Assembly (NCBI GenBank): GCA_963651445.1
Contig: CAVJPU010000001.1
Span: 129,094 to 193,093, forward strand
Direction of reading: 5' to 3'
Origin: a bacterium
GTDB lineage: Bacteria; Bacillota_I; Bacilli_A; RFN20; CAG-826
Length of the DNA: 64,000 bases
The position numbers were made by a program, and so were the translations under genes. The number at the start of each line of letters is the position of its first letter. The stretch's first letter is position 1. Below are positions 46,253-55,029 of this stretch, piece after piece. A model generated the notes under the pieces. It saw only the letters and a list, made by a program, of their open reading frames with translations. It searched no databases and was not told where the DNA came from.

Positions 46253-47647
46253 ATGAATCGTAAGATCATGCTATTACCTCTTGCCGCTGCTGTTTTAATG
46301 GGATTAGCTTCCTGTGGACCAGATGCAAGTTCTTCTAACGGTGGAGATGACAATTCTTCCACTGCCCCTGCCGTCTACGATGGCGGTATTTCCGATGTCG
46401 AAGTCGGTGACGTCCAGGTTTCTGGTGTCGTTGCTCAGAAAGGATCCAAAGGATGGATTCTTGACGATGGCAAGGCTTCCGTCTATGTCTTTGGCACTTT
46501 AGCCGATGAATTCAAAGTTGGCGACCACGTCTTGGTTTCCGCCACTTGCGAAGGATATTGGGGCTTATATGAATTAAAGAGCGCCACTGTCACCGCTGCT
46601 CCAACTTCTAAGGCTGCTCCAGTTTTGGCTGATCCAGTCGAAATCACCGCTGCCGATATCAAAGCCGCTTGGAATATCACCTCTGCTGCTGAATCCGGCA
46701 CCGCTTCTTGGTCTCCAACCAACTCCAAACGTTATAAGATCACTGGTCTTACTGCTGAAAGCGTTTCTGGCTATGCTGGCTGGTCCATCGATGGTTTCGA
46801 AAAGAAACTCGTTTCATACTACTATGTCCCAGGTAATAACGTTACCGAAGCCAATAGAAGCACCAAGCTCTATGCTGGTTGCAAATACGACGTCTCCTTC
46901 TACATGGTTGGCAACAACTCTGCTAAGAACGTCAATATGGCTATCTTCGACGTCACCGCTCATTATGATGCCGTTGAATCCGTCTCTCTCACTGGCGATG
47001 CTTCTGTTGAGACCGGTGCCAGCAAAACTTTAACTGCTTCCGTTTTACCAGCCACTGCCGATCAGGGCTTAACCTGGTCTTCCAGCGATGAATCCAAGGC
47101 CACTGTCAACTCTTCCGGTAAGGTTACTGGTGTTGCCGAAGGCTCTGTTATCATCACCGCCACTTCTACCGCCGATTCCACCAAGAAGGCAGAATTTGCG
47201 ATGACTGTTGTTAAGGGTGTAACCTACAACAAAGTCGGTGCCCTCTCCTTTAATAAGGACGACACTGTTGTTATCAATAACAAACTTGAAGAAACTACTG
47301 ACCCATACATCAGCTATACCTCTACTGAAGGTGTTAGCATTGCTGTCCGTAAAGGAACCTCTACCAATGATGTCAATGTCTGGAAATCCTCCTATTCTTC
47401 CTGCCGTTGGTATGTTGGTCACAACGTTGTCATCTCTCACGCCAATGATTTCGATCGTATCGTTTTAACTTGCGATTCTGGCTATTCCACTTTCGGTGAT
47501 GTCACTCTTCCAACCGGTGCCACCAGTGAAACCGTCGGCGAAGTCATCACCATCACCCTTGCTTCCAAGGTTAAGAGCATCACCCTTGACATGAAAAAGC
47601 AGATTCGCCCAAGCAACGTCGAGCTCAAAGCTTCCGTTGCTGAATAA
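46253..47647 (+). CDS. Surface lipoprotein with an N-terminal OB-fold-like module and a Big_2 (bacterial Ig-like) domain
   Basis: The lipobox is LMGLAS|CGPD. The OB-like segment is VGDVQVSGVVAQKGSKGWILDDGKASVYVFG...VGDHVLVSATCEGYWGLYELK. The Big_2-like segment is VESVSLTGDASVETGASKTLTASVLPATADQGLTWSSSDESKATVNSSGKVTGVAEGSVIITAT. Confidence 0.7.
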   Translation: MNRKIMLLPLAAAVLMGLASCGPDASSSNGGDDNSSTAPAVYDGGISDVEVGDVQVSGVVAQKGSKGWILDDGKASVYVFGTLADEFKVGDHVLVSATCEGYWGLYELKSATVTAAPTSKAAPVLADPVEITAADIKAAWNITSAAESGTASWSPTNSKRYKITGLTAESVSGYAGWSIDGFEKKLVSYYYVPGNNVTEANRSTKLYAGCKYDVSFYMVGNNSAKNVNMAIFDVTAHYDAVESVSLTGDASVETGASKTLTASVLPATADQGLTWSSSDESKATVNSSGKVTGVAEGSVIITATSTADSTKKAEFAMTVVKGVTYNKVGALSFNKDDTVVINNKLEETTDPYISYTSTEGVSIAVRKGTSTNDVNVWKSSYSSCRWYVGHNVVISHANDFDRIVLTCDSGYSTFGDVTLPTGATSETVGEVITITLASKVKSITLDMKKQIRPSNVELKASVAE

Positions 47648-47668
47648 GCAATTTAAATAAAATTGAAA

Positions 47669-47695
47669 GGGAGCCACACGGCTCCTTTTCTTTAT
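47669..47695 (+). terminator. Rho-independent terminator after the lipoprotein gene
   Basis: GGAGCC-acac-GGCTCC followed by TTTTCTTTAT. Confidence 0.7.
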
Positions 47696-47736
47696 CTTGC
47701 TAAATGAAAGACGCAAGTATAAAATAACCAAGCGTT

Positions 47737-47812
<76 letters not shown>

Positions 47813-47821
47813 CTTGAAAAT

Positions 47822-47849
47822 GAAAAGCTGGCAATCGCCAGCTTTTTTA
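47822..47849. terminator. Bidirectional terminator between the tRNA-Lys gene and the convergent Crp/Fnr gene
   Basis: AAAAGCTGGC-aatc-GCCAGCTTTT has A/T runs on both sides. The stop codon of the minus-strand gene abuts the stem. Confidence 0.8.
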
Positions 47850-48440
47850 TTTCTTAGATAAGTCAACCAATCGGTGATTATCTTTGCGGACAGAACCAAT
47901 GGATATTCGCTTGGAGATATATCTGGATAATGTCTCTCTTTCGACATTGAGTTCTTTGGCTAGATCGGAGATGGATTTATAAGGAAGGATTCCATTATGC
48001 AAGAATAAGGCGTAGGAGAACCTTTCCTCCAATGAATTGAAAGATAGCATTTTGATGCGTTCATTGAGACTTATGGCCGTGTTGGCGGTTAGCGACAGAT
48101 ATTCTTTGATGAAAGATTTATTTCTGGCACATAAGGCCAATAAATTGGTCTCGTTGATAAGATATATTTCGGAGTCCATCAAGGCGGTTACATTGCCTTT
48201 GTAATATGGTTCTTTTGAAAACAATAAATTGTTTCCAAACATCATGCCTGTCTTGATGGAATTGAAGATGATTTCCTTACCTTCGAAAGTGTATGAGGAA
48301 ATGACTAAAGAGCCTTCTTTGAGGATACCTATCATTTTGCAGGATTCGCCTTCTCTGAAAAGCACCTCGTTTTTCTTTATTTTCTTTACTTGGAAAAGGG
48401 ATAGATCTTGTTTGGCTAATGTATCTAATATTTGTGACAT
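47847..48440 (-). CDS. Crp/Fnr family transcriptional regulator
   Basis: It has an N-terminal cNMP-binding-like beta-roll and a C-terminal HTH (SISDLAKELNVERETLSRYISKR). The recognition helix RETLSR matches the CRP RE-x-x-R pattern. Confidence 0.85.
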   Translation of the reverse strand: MSQILDTLAKQDLSLFQVKKIKKNEVLFREGESCKMIGILKEGSLVISSYTFEGKEIIFNSIKTGMMFGNNLLFSKEPYYKGNVTALMDSEIYLINETNLLALCARNKSFIKEYLSLTANTAISLNERIKMLSFNSLEERFSYALFLHNGILPYKSISDLAKELNVERETLSRYISKRISIGSVRKDNHRLVDLSKK

Positions 48441-48448
48441 ATATCACA
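48433..48448. promoter_or_regulatory. Perfect CRP-type box TGTGA-catata-TCACA in the divergent promoter region, overlapping the start codon of the Crp/Fnr gene
   Basis: I read it directly. A TATAAT at 48470..48475 puts the palindrome centre at about -41.5 relative to the predicted plus-strand start site. Confidence 0.6.
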
Positions 48449-48494
48449 TTAATCATAATTGAATACCCATATAATATCCACGAGGAAATTTATT

Positions 48495-49427
48495 ATGAAA
48501 AAGTATGTATTTGCCTTATTGCCATTAATGCTTCTATGTTCCTGCGAGAACAATGAGAAACTGACCTTGACGGTGGCTTGCCCGAGTGGGGCCCCAGCCT
48601 TATCGATGTACGAGCATCTCGGAGATGAGAACATCGAGATTTCCAATGCCCAAACCGTCAGTTCTTACTTCCAAGCCGGATCTAAAGATATTGTCATTCT
48701 TCCGACGAATGCAGGTGTAAAGATGATTCAAAAGACCAACGCCCCATATAAATTAGCGGCCACGGTTACCTTTGGCAATTTCTTCCTTGCTTCGACCGGG
48801 AATGATTCCAACAACACCTTAGACAAAGATGATTGTGTGGTTGTCTTCCAACAAAATAACATTCCTGATTTGTTGTTCAAATATGTCTACGGAGCGGATT
48901 ACACAAACATCCATTATGTGGCGGACGTGAACGCTGCCTCGAGATGCTTGATCTCTGGCAAGAACGAGTCGGATTCCAATGCGGAAGCCGCTTATGTTTT
49001 GATGGCCCAGCCAGTGTTGTCGGTGGCTTTGCAACAAAACACCAATGCCTCTATTTATTCCAACATCCAAGAACTTTATAAATCCAAGAGCGGTGGCAAG
49101 CGAATCACCCAAGCTTCAATCTTCGTTAACAACTCCGTCAATGAGAAAAAAGCTAGAAACTTCTTAAGAGAAATCAAAGATGATGTTGAAGACTTATTGC
49201 ATGAACCATCCGAGTTGGATGAGGCCATCAGAGAGTCTGGCTTAGAGGCCGAAACCGTTGCCTCTAAGATCGGTAACACAACCATTATTAAGAACCTCCT
49301 CCAGAACGGGAACACCATTGGCATCGGATTCCAGTGGGCTGACGTAAATAAGTCGGATATCGATGCGTTTTTGAATACTTTGGGTCAAGATTCCACGACC
49401 GATAGCGTCTATTTCAAACACGACTAA
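48495..49427 (+). CDS. Lipoprotein, putative ABC substrate-binding protein (NMT1/TauA-like size class; substrate unknown)
   Basis: The lipobox is LPLMLLCS|CENN. The start is at MKKYVFALL with the RBS GAGGAAA. It is followed directly by a permease gene. Confidence 0.6.
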   Translation: MKKYVFALLPLMLLCSCENNEKLTLTVACPSGAPALSMYEHLGDENIEISNAQTVSSYFQAGSKDIVILPTNAGVKMIQKTNAPYKLAATVTFGNFFLASTGNDSNNTLDKDDCVVVFQQNNIPDLLFKYVYGADYTNIHYVADVNAASRCLISGKNESDSNAEAAYVLMAQPVLSVALQQNTNASIYSNIQELYKSKSGGKRITQASIFVNNSVNEKKARNFLREIKDDVEDLLHEPSELDEAIRESGLEAETVASKIGNTTIIKNLLQNGNTIGIGFQWADVNKSDIDAFLNTLGQDSTTDSVYFKHD

Positions 49428-49432
49428 AGCCA

Positions 49433-50200
49433 ATGAAAAAATTAAAAAAGATCCTAATAAATAACACCAGCCTGTACGTGTACGGGATCTTTTTTGTTTT
49501 TATCCTTTGGTGGATTATCTCGGCGGCTATTGGGAATGGTGGATTCACTTTTCCTGATCCGATTGACACTTTTAAAACCTTTGGGCAGTTGCTTGGCGGT
49601 TCCTATATTTGGAAATCCATTGGGATGTCCTTATTAAGGACTTTGATTGGCTTTGCGATTGCTTTTGTGGTCGCATTGATACTTAGTTTCTTCGTTGGGA
49701 CATTCAAAAAACTGCAGGTGTTCTTAAAACCGTTGTTCGTTGTTCTTAAGAGCGCCCCTACTGCAGCTTTTGTCTTCTTGTTCTTACTTCTTTTGGGAAG
49801 CGACTATGCACCTATCGCCATTGCCACATTGCTTTCGTTTCCTATTCTTTATGAAGCTTTTGTCGGCGGCATGAATTCCTTGCCAGAGCAAGTTGAAATG
49901 GCTATGCGCTTGGATTCGAGCAATAAGCTCAATAACTTCTTTAAGATTAGACTTCCTATCGCTTTTCCGTATGTTTTGGTGGGTTTAGCTTCATCGTTTG
50001 CCTTGTCTTTCAAGACGACCATCATGGCTGAAATCATCACCGGAAGCACCAATTATGGATTAGGTTCCGCCATAAATTACTATCGAACCATGAATCCCGG
50101 AGACATGACACCAATCTTTGCCATCGCCTTGATTGCGGTTTTGATCATAATGTTGTTCGATTTATTAAGTTTTGTTGTTAAGAAGGCTTTTGGCCGATAA
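49433..50200 (+). CDS. ABC transporter permease (single BPD_transp_1 domain, NitT/TauT-like)
   Basis: It is 255 aa with about 6 TM and the EAA-like loop EAFVGGMNSLPEQVEMAMRLDSSNKLNNFFKIRLPIAFPY. Confidence 0.8.
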   Translation: MKKLKKILINNTSLYVYGIFFVFILWWIISAAIGNGGFTFPDPIDTFKTFGQLLGGSYIWKSIGMSLLRTLIGFAIAFVVALILSFFVGTFKKLQVFLKPLFVVLKSAPTAAFVFLFLLLLGSDYAPIAIATLLSFPILYEAFVGGMNSLPEQVEMAMRLDSSNKLNNFFKIRLPIAFPYVLVGLASSFALSFKTTIMAEIITGSTNYGLGSAINYYRTMNPGDMTPIFAIALIAVLIIMLFDLLSFVVKKAFGR

Positions 50201-50216
50201 TTTGTCGGATTTGTGG

Positions 50217-50232
50217 GTGAATGGAAATTCAC
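50217..50232. promoter_or_regulatory. Palindrome GTGAAT-GGAA-ATTCAC (GTGAA-N6-TTCAC) upstream of the PFOR gene
   Basis: I read it directly. It has the same half-sites and spacing as 5264..5279. Confidence 0.4.
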
Positions 50233-50347
50233 ATTTGCCCGTTATGGTTTTGATACCAAAAACGCATATCAAATGTAAGCGGTTCTTTCTTTTATGAAAG
50301 AAGAATTTGAGAGTATACTTTGCTCGATTAAGGAGAAGGTTTTCATT

Positions 50348-53300
50348 ATGTCTGAAATCAAGAAAACATTCCAATCGGTTGACGGAAATACCGCAGCCGG
50401 ACAAGAAAGTTACTATTTTACCGAGGTTGCTGCGATCTTCCCGATTACCCCATCCTCCCCAATGGCCGAATTGGTCGACGTCATGGCCTCTAAGAAGGAA
50501 AAGAATTTCTTCAATTCGACCGTCAAAGTCGTTGAAATGCAATCCGAAGCTGGTGCTTCTGGTGCCGTTCACGGTGCGTTGCAGGGCGGCGCGTTAGCCA
50601 CCACCTACACCGCTTCGCAAGGCTTATTGCTCATGATCCCGAATATCTACAAGTGGGTTGGCGAAGAACTTCCAGCCGTCTTGCACGTTTCGGCTCGTAG
50701 CTTAGCCAACCATGCGTTATCCATTTTCGGTGACCATCAGGATATCTATGCTTGCCGTCAAACCGGCGCGACCATGATCTGCTCTGGCTCCGTCCAGGAA
50801 ATCGCTGACTTGGCCCCGGTCGCCCATTTGACCGCCATCGATTCCTCATTGCCAGTCATTCACTTCTTCGATGGTTTCCGTACTTCCCACGAAGTCCAGA
50901 ACGTCGAATTCGTCGATAAGGAAGAATGGAAGAAATTGCTTCCTATGGACAAGGTCGAGAAGTTTAGAAAATTGGCTCTCAACCCACATACCCACGCCGT
51001 TACTCGCGGTGGCGCAGAGAACGATGACGTTTACTTCCAGGCTTGCGAAGCCCAGAACTTAGAGCACGAAGCCGTCATTGATTACGCTTCCAAATACTTT
51101 GCCGAAGCCACTCGTTTGACCGGCAGAGAATATGCCCCATTCGTTTATTATGGCGCCAAAGATGCCACCAAGGTCATCGTTGCCATGGGTTCCATCACCG
51201 AAACTGCTGGCGAAGTTGTTGATGCCTTGAATGCCAAAGGCGAGAAAGTTGGCTTGGTGAAAGTTCATCTTTATCGTCCATTCAGCGCCAAACTCTTATC
51301 CAAAGCCATTCCAGCCAGTGTCAAACAGGTCGCTGTCTTAGACCGTACCAAAGAAGCCGGCGCTACTGGTGAGCCTCTCTATCTCGACGTTGTCGTCGCT
51401 TTGTCTCAAGAAGGCAGAGGCGATATCGAAGTCTTAGGTGGCCGTTATGGTTTATCTTCCAAGGATACCCAGCCAAAGGATGTCAAAGCGGTCTTCGATC
51501 ATTTAGACAATCCAAACCGTTGGAATTCCTTCACTATTGGCATCAAAGACGATGTTACCCATCTCTCCTTACCAGTCGATGACAAGTTCTTCATCGATCA
51601 TGACTACACTTCTTGCTTATTCTATGGCTTAGGAAGCGATGGCACGGTTTCCGCCAACAAGAGCTCCATCAAGATCATCGGCGATGCCACCCATCAATAT
51701 GCTCAGGCTTACTTCCAGTATGACTCCCGTAAGTCTGGCGGTGTTACCCGTTCCCACTTACGTTTCGGTAAGGACCCAATCCACTCCGAATACTATGTTA
51801 AGAACGCTGACTTCATCTCCTGCTCCTTAGACACCTATATCTTCCGCTTCGATATCATCAATAACCTCAAAGAAGGAGGAACCTTCTTGCTCAATACCGA
51901 CATGGATGAGAAGACCTTAATCGCTTCCATGCCGAACCGCATGAAACATTTATTGGCCGAACGTAAAGCCAAATTCTATATCATCGACGCGAATAAGATT
52001 GCCGAAGATATTGGATTGGGCCGTCGTACCAACACCGTCCTCCAGAGTTCCTTCTTCAAACTCAACGAGCAAATCATGCCATACGCTGAAGCTCAGAAGT
52101 GGATGAAGAAATTCGCCCTTAAGTCCTATGCCAAGAAAGGTCAGGCTATCGTCGATCTTAACTACAAGGCCATCGATGGCGGCGCTGAAGGCTTAAAGGA
52201 AATCAAGGTTGATCCAAAGTGGATTGAACTTCCAATCGCTAGGAGAAAGTCCGATACCGGCGATGAATATTTCGATGAATATTACAACGTCATCGGCAAC
52301 TTAGATGGCGACGATATCCCGACTTCCACCTTCCGTAAGTTCGAATTGAACTCTGGCACCATGAACCCGAACGTCACCTTCTATGACAAGCGTGAAATCG
52401 CCGCTATGGTCCCACAGTGGAATTCCGCTTATTGTATCGAATGCAACCAGTGCGCCTTCGTTTGCCCGCACGCTACCATTCGTCCGTTCTTACTTAATGA
52501 AAAGGAAGTTGAGAACGCTCCAGAGATTGTTAAGTCCGATTTGAAGAACGCCTTAGGCGGACCTTCTGTTGCCGGACTTAAATATCGTATCCAGGTCTCT
52601 CCGAAGAACTGCGTCGGTTGCGGTCTTTGCGTTTCCGAATGCTTAGGCAATCAGACTGCCAAGAAACTCGGAAACGATCACTTCGCCCTTAAGATGGTCG
52701 AGGCCAAATCCCAGTTCGCTCAGGAAGAAGGCGCTGATTATCTCTATAAGCACACCGAATATAAAGCCGATAAGTATCCTCTCACTACCGTTAAGGGCGT
52801 CAGCTTCTTGATGCCATATATGGAAGTCTCCGGCGCTTGCGCAGGCTGTGGCGAAACCCCATATTATCGTTTAACCAGCCAATTATTTGGCAAGGATATG
52901 TTAGTTGCTAACGCGACTGGTTGCTCCTCCATCTACTGCGGTTCTACCCCACTTACCCCATTCGTCCGCGATAACAACGGCAATGGACCAGCTTGGGCTA
53001 ACTCCTTATTCGAAGACAACGCTGAATTTGGCTTCGGCATGAGAATCGCAACCGACTACAAACTCACCCAAATCTGCAGGATTTTATCCGCCGCCGTCGA
53101 GGCTGATGACGTCGAAGAAGGACTCAAGGATTTGGCTAACCAGTATCTCGCCAACGTCAAGAACCGTGAATTCATCCGTTCCATCTCCGCTAGTTTGATT
53201 GCTGCGGTCAAAGCTTCCAAGAACGAAGCCGTCAAGGAACTCCTTGAATACGAACGCGACTTAGTCGATAAGTCCATTTGGATTGTCGGCGGTGACGGCT

Positions 53301-53917
53301 GGTCCTACGATATCGGTTATGGCGGATTAGACCACGTCTTAGCCAACGAAGCCGACGTTAACGTCTTGGTCCTCGATACCGAGCTTTATTCCAACACCGG
53401 CGGCCAGGCTTCTAAGTCCTCACAGACCGGTTCCATCAATAAGTTCACCGCTTCTGGCAAGAAAGAAGCCAAGAAGAACCTTGCCTTGCTTGCTATGTCC
53501 TATGGACATGTCTATGTCGCTCAGATTGCCTTGGGCGCCAACCCAGTCAAGGCCATCCAAGCCCTTAAGGAAGCCGAATCCTATGATGGTCCATCCTTAA
53601 TCATCTGCTACTGCCCATGTATTAACCATGGTATCAAAGGTGGCTTAAGCAATTCCATCGCCGAAGAGAAAGCAGCTGTCGAATGCGGCTACTTCCAGAC
53701 CTTCAGATATGACCCACGCAAGGTCAAAGAAGGAAAACCTGGCTTAGAGATGGATTGCAAGGATCCAGATTGGTCCAAGTTCCGTGACTTCTTGATGCAT
53801 CAGACTCGTTTCGCTCAGTTGCCAATCGTCAACCCAGAGGAAGCCGAGACCTTGCTCAATAAGTGCGAAGCCTACGCCAAGGATCGTTTGGAAGCCGTTA
53901 AGAAATTCGGTCTCTAA
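50348..53917 (+). CDS. nifJ: Pyruvate:ferredoxin (flavodoxin) oxidoreductase, single-polypeptide type
   Basis: It is about 1189 aa with an N-terminal VDGNTAAGQESYYFTEVAAIFPITPSSPM, two internal ferredoxin-type clusters (CIECNQCAFVCPHA, CVGCGLCVSEC) and a TPP-binding GGDGWSYDIGYGGLDH. The start is at MSEIKKTF, with the RBS AAGGAGAAGG. Confidence 0.95.
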   Translation: MSEIKKTFQSVDGNTAAGQESYYFTEVAAIFPITPSSPMAELVDVMASKKEKNFFNSTVKVVEMQSEAGASGAVHGALQGGALATTYTASQGLLLMIPNIYKWVGEELPAVLHVSARSLANHALSIFGDHQDIYACRQTGATMICSGSVQEIADLAPVAHLTAIDSSLPVIHFFDGFRTSHEVQNVEFVDKEEWKKLLPMDKVEKFRKLALNPHTHAVTRGGAENDDVYFQACEAQNLEHEAVIDYASKYFAEATRLTGREYAPFVYYGAKDATKVIVAMGSITETAGEVVDALNAKGEKVGLVKVHLYRPFSAKLLSKAIPASVKQVAVLDRTKEAGATGEPLYLDVVVALSQEGRGDIEVLGGRYGLSSKDTQPKDVKAVFDHLDNPNRWNSFTIGIKDDVTHLSLPVDDKFFIDHDYTSCLFYGLGSDGTVSANKSSIKIIGDATHQYAQAYFQYDSRKSGGVTRSHLRFGKDPIHSEYYVKNADFISCSLDTYIFRFDIINNLKEGGTFLLNTDMDEKTLIASMPNRMKHLLAERKAKFYIIDANKIAEDIGLGRRTNTVLQSSFFKLNEQIMPYAEAQKWMKKFALKSYAKKGQAIVDLNYKAIDGGAEGLKEIKVDPKWIELPIARRKSDTGDEYFDEYYNVIGNLDGDDIPTSTFRKFELNSGTMNPNVTFYDKREIAAMVPQWNSAYCIECNQCAFVCPHATIRPFLLNEKEVENAPEIVKSDLKNALGGPSVAGLKYRIQVSPKNCVGCGLCVSECLGNQTAKKLGNDHFALKMVEAKSQFAQEEGADYLYKHTEYKADKYPLTTVKGVSFLMPYMEVSGACAGCGETPYYRLTSQLFGKDMLVANATGCSSIYCGSTPLTPFVRDNNGNGPAWANSLFEDNAEFGFGMRIATDYKLTQICRILSAAVEADDVEEGLKDLANQYLANVKNREFIRSISASLIAAVKASKNEAVKELLEYERDLVDKSIWIVGGDGWSYDIGYGGLDHVLANEADVNVLVLDTELYSNTGGQASKSSQTGSINKFTASGKKEAKKNLALLAMSYGHVYVAQIALGANPVKAIQALKEAESYDGPSLIICYCPCINHGIKGGLSNSIAEEKAAVECGYFQTFRYDPRKVKEGKPGLEMDCKDPDWSKFRDFLMHQTRFAQLPIVNPEEAETLLNKCEAYAKDRLEAVKKFGL

Positions 53918-53932
53918 TTCTTAACCAATATA

Positions 53933-53959
53933 AGCCCTGCGAATAACAGGGCTTTTTTA
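53933..53959 (+). terminator. Rho-independent terminator after nifJ
   Basis: AGCCCTG-cgaataa-CAGGGCT followed by TTTTTT. Confidence 0.85.
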
Positions 53960-54006
53960 ATTGACGAAATTGGATATATGCTTATCTCAACATAAAGGAG
54001 GTAAGC

Positions 54007-54972
54007 ATGTCTTATCTATCTACATTCATATCTTCGGAACACGAAGAAAGCAAAAGACGGGCTCTTTTAAACGGGGCTCGTCTTTTTTCATTAGGCGGAA
54101 AGGAATTCTATTTCGCCTACAGCCCATCATTGATGGTCTTAAAAGAGGGAATAAATAAGAACCTCTATGAAATTGAGAAGACCCTCAATCGATTAGGCCC
54201 ATCAATTAAGAAAGAATATGAACATTCCTGCTTAGTGGAAGAAGTGAAGGCTTCTTGCTCATTGGATGGCTATCCATTCTTAAGGAGACTGGAGGCTTTC
54301 TATCTTAAAAATAAGCCGTTAGTGACCGAAAATAGGGCAACACCTATCAAAAATTTGTCCCTTAAAGCGGGTTTTTCGGTGAGTTCCCCATTCAAAAACA
54401 AAGATGACATTGAAGCCGGAATGTCTTCTTTAAAAGAACTAAGCGAGAAGTTCTTGAAGGAAGATATTTTGATTGGGACTTTGGTTGAACATTTCGTCTT
54501 TGAATATGTTCATCCGTATCAAAAAATGAACGGATTGATTGGTAGACATTTGGTCTATCAAAATCTAAAGGATTCCATTTATGAATTCTTGGGAGCGAGA
54601 TTCTCAAGTTCATTCATCGGTGACAAAAAGAAATATTTTATTGCCTTCAAACGTTCGGAATTCAACTTCGATCTCAACGAATATTTGGAATTGATATGCG
54701 AATCTTTATTGAATGAATTGAACAAAATTCGTGAAGATTTGGAAGCAAAAGAAAAGCGGTGGAATGCCTGCCTCGCCAGGCTCCATAAACTTCATCTCCG
54801 CCATGGCCAATTCGAAACCTTAAAAGGCCTTTTGATGATGAAGATGTTCAAAAAGCAAAAGCTCAATCTTTCTCGTTTGGCTAAAGTTTTGAATAAGAGC
54901 GAGCGAACCGTCTTCCGCCATATGTCGATGTTCAAACCTTTGAATTTGAATAGTCTTGACACACCGAAATGA
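54007..54972 (+). CDS. Fic/DOC family protein with a degenerate active-site motif and a C-terminal HTH-like tail
   Basis: The Fic-like core is HPYQKMNGLIGR, against the canonical HPFx(D/E)GNGRxxR. There is an upstream Fic_N-like VEEVKASCSLDG and a C-terminal LSRLAKVLNKSERTVFRHM. The RBS is AAAGGAGG. Confidence 0.6.
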   Translation: MSYLSTFISSEHEESKRRALLNGARLFSLGGKEFYFAYSPSLMVLKEGINKNLYEIEKTLNRLGPSIKKEYEHSCLVEEVKASCSLDGYPFLRRLEAFYLKNKPLVTENRATPIKNLSLKAGFSVSSPFKNKDDIEAGMSSLKELSEKFLKEDILIGTLVEHFVFEYVHPYQKMNGLIGRHLVYQNLKDSIYEFLGARFSSSFIGDKKKYFIAFKRSEFNFDLNEYLELICESLLNELNKIREDLEAKEKRWNACLARLHKLHLRHGQFETLKGLLMMKMFKKQKLNLSRLAKVLNKSERTVFRHMSMFKPLNLNSLDTPK

Positions 54973-55029
54973 CATCGAAAAGAAGCATTCTGCGTGCGTT
55001 ATGAAAATACCCCGTTATAATAGCGGGGT

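Noticed and set aside
48449-48494. A possible TPP or other riboswitch in front of the NMT1-like SBP/permease operon
   Set aside because: The predicted 5' UTR is only about 13 nt, which leaves no room for an aptamer.
50165-50572. A 135-aa minus-strand ORF spanning the permease/nifJ intergenic region
   Set aside because: It runs antisense into the conserved N-terminus of PFOR and has no RBS. The region is better explained as the nifJ promoter and leader.
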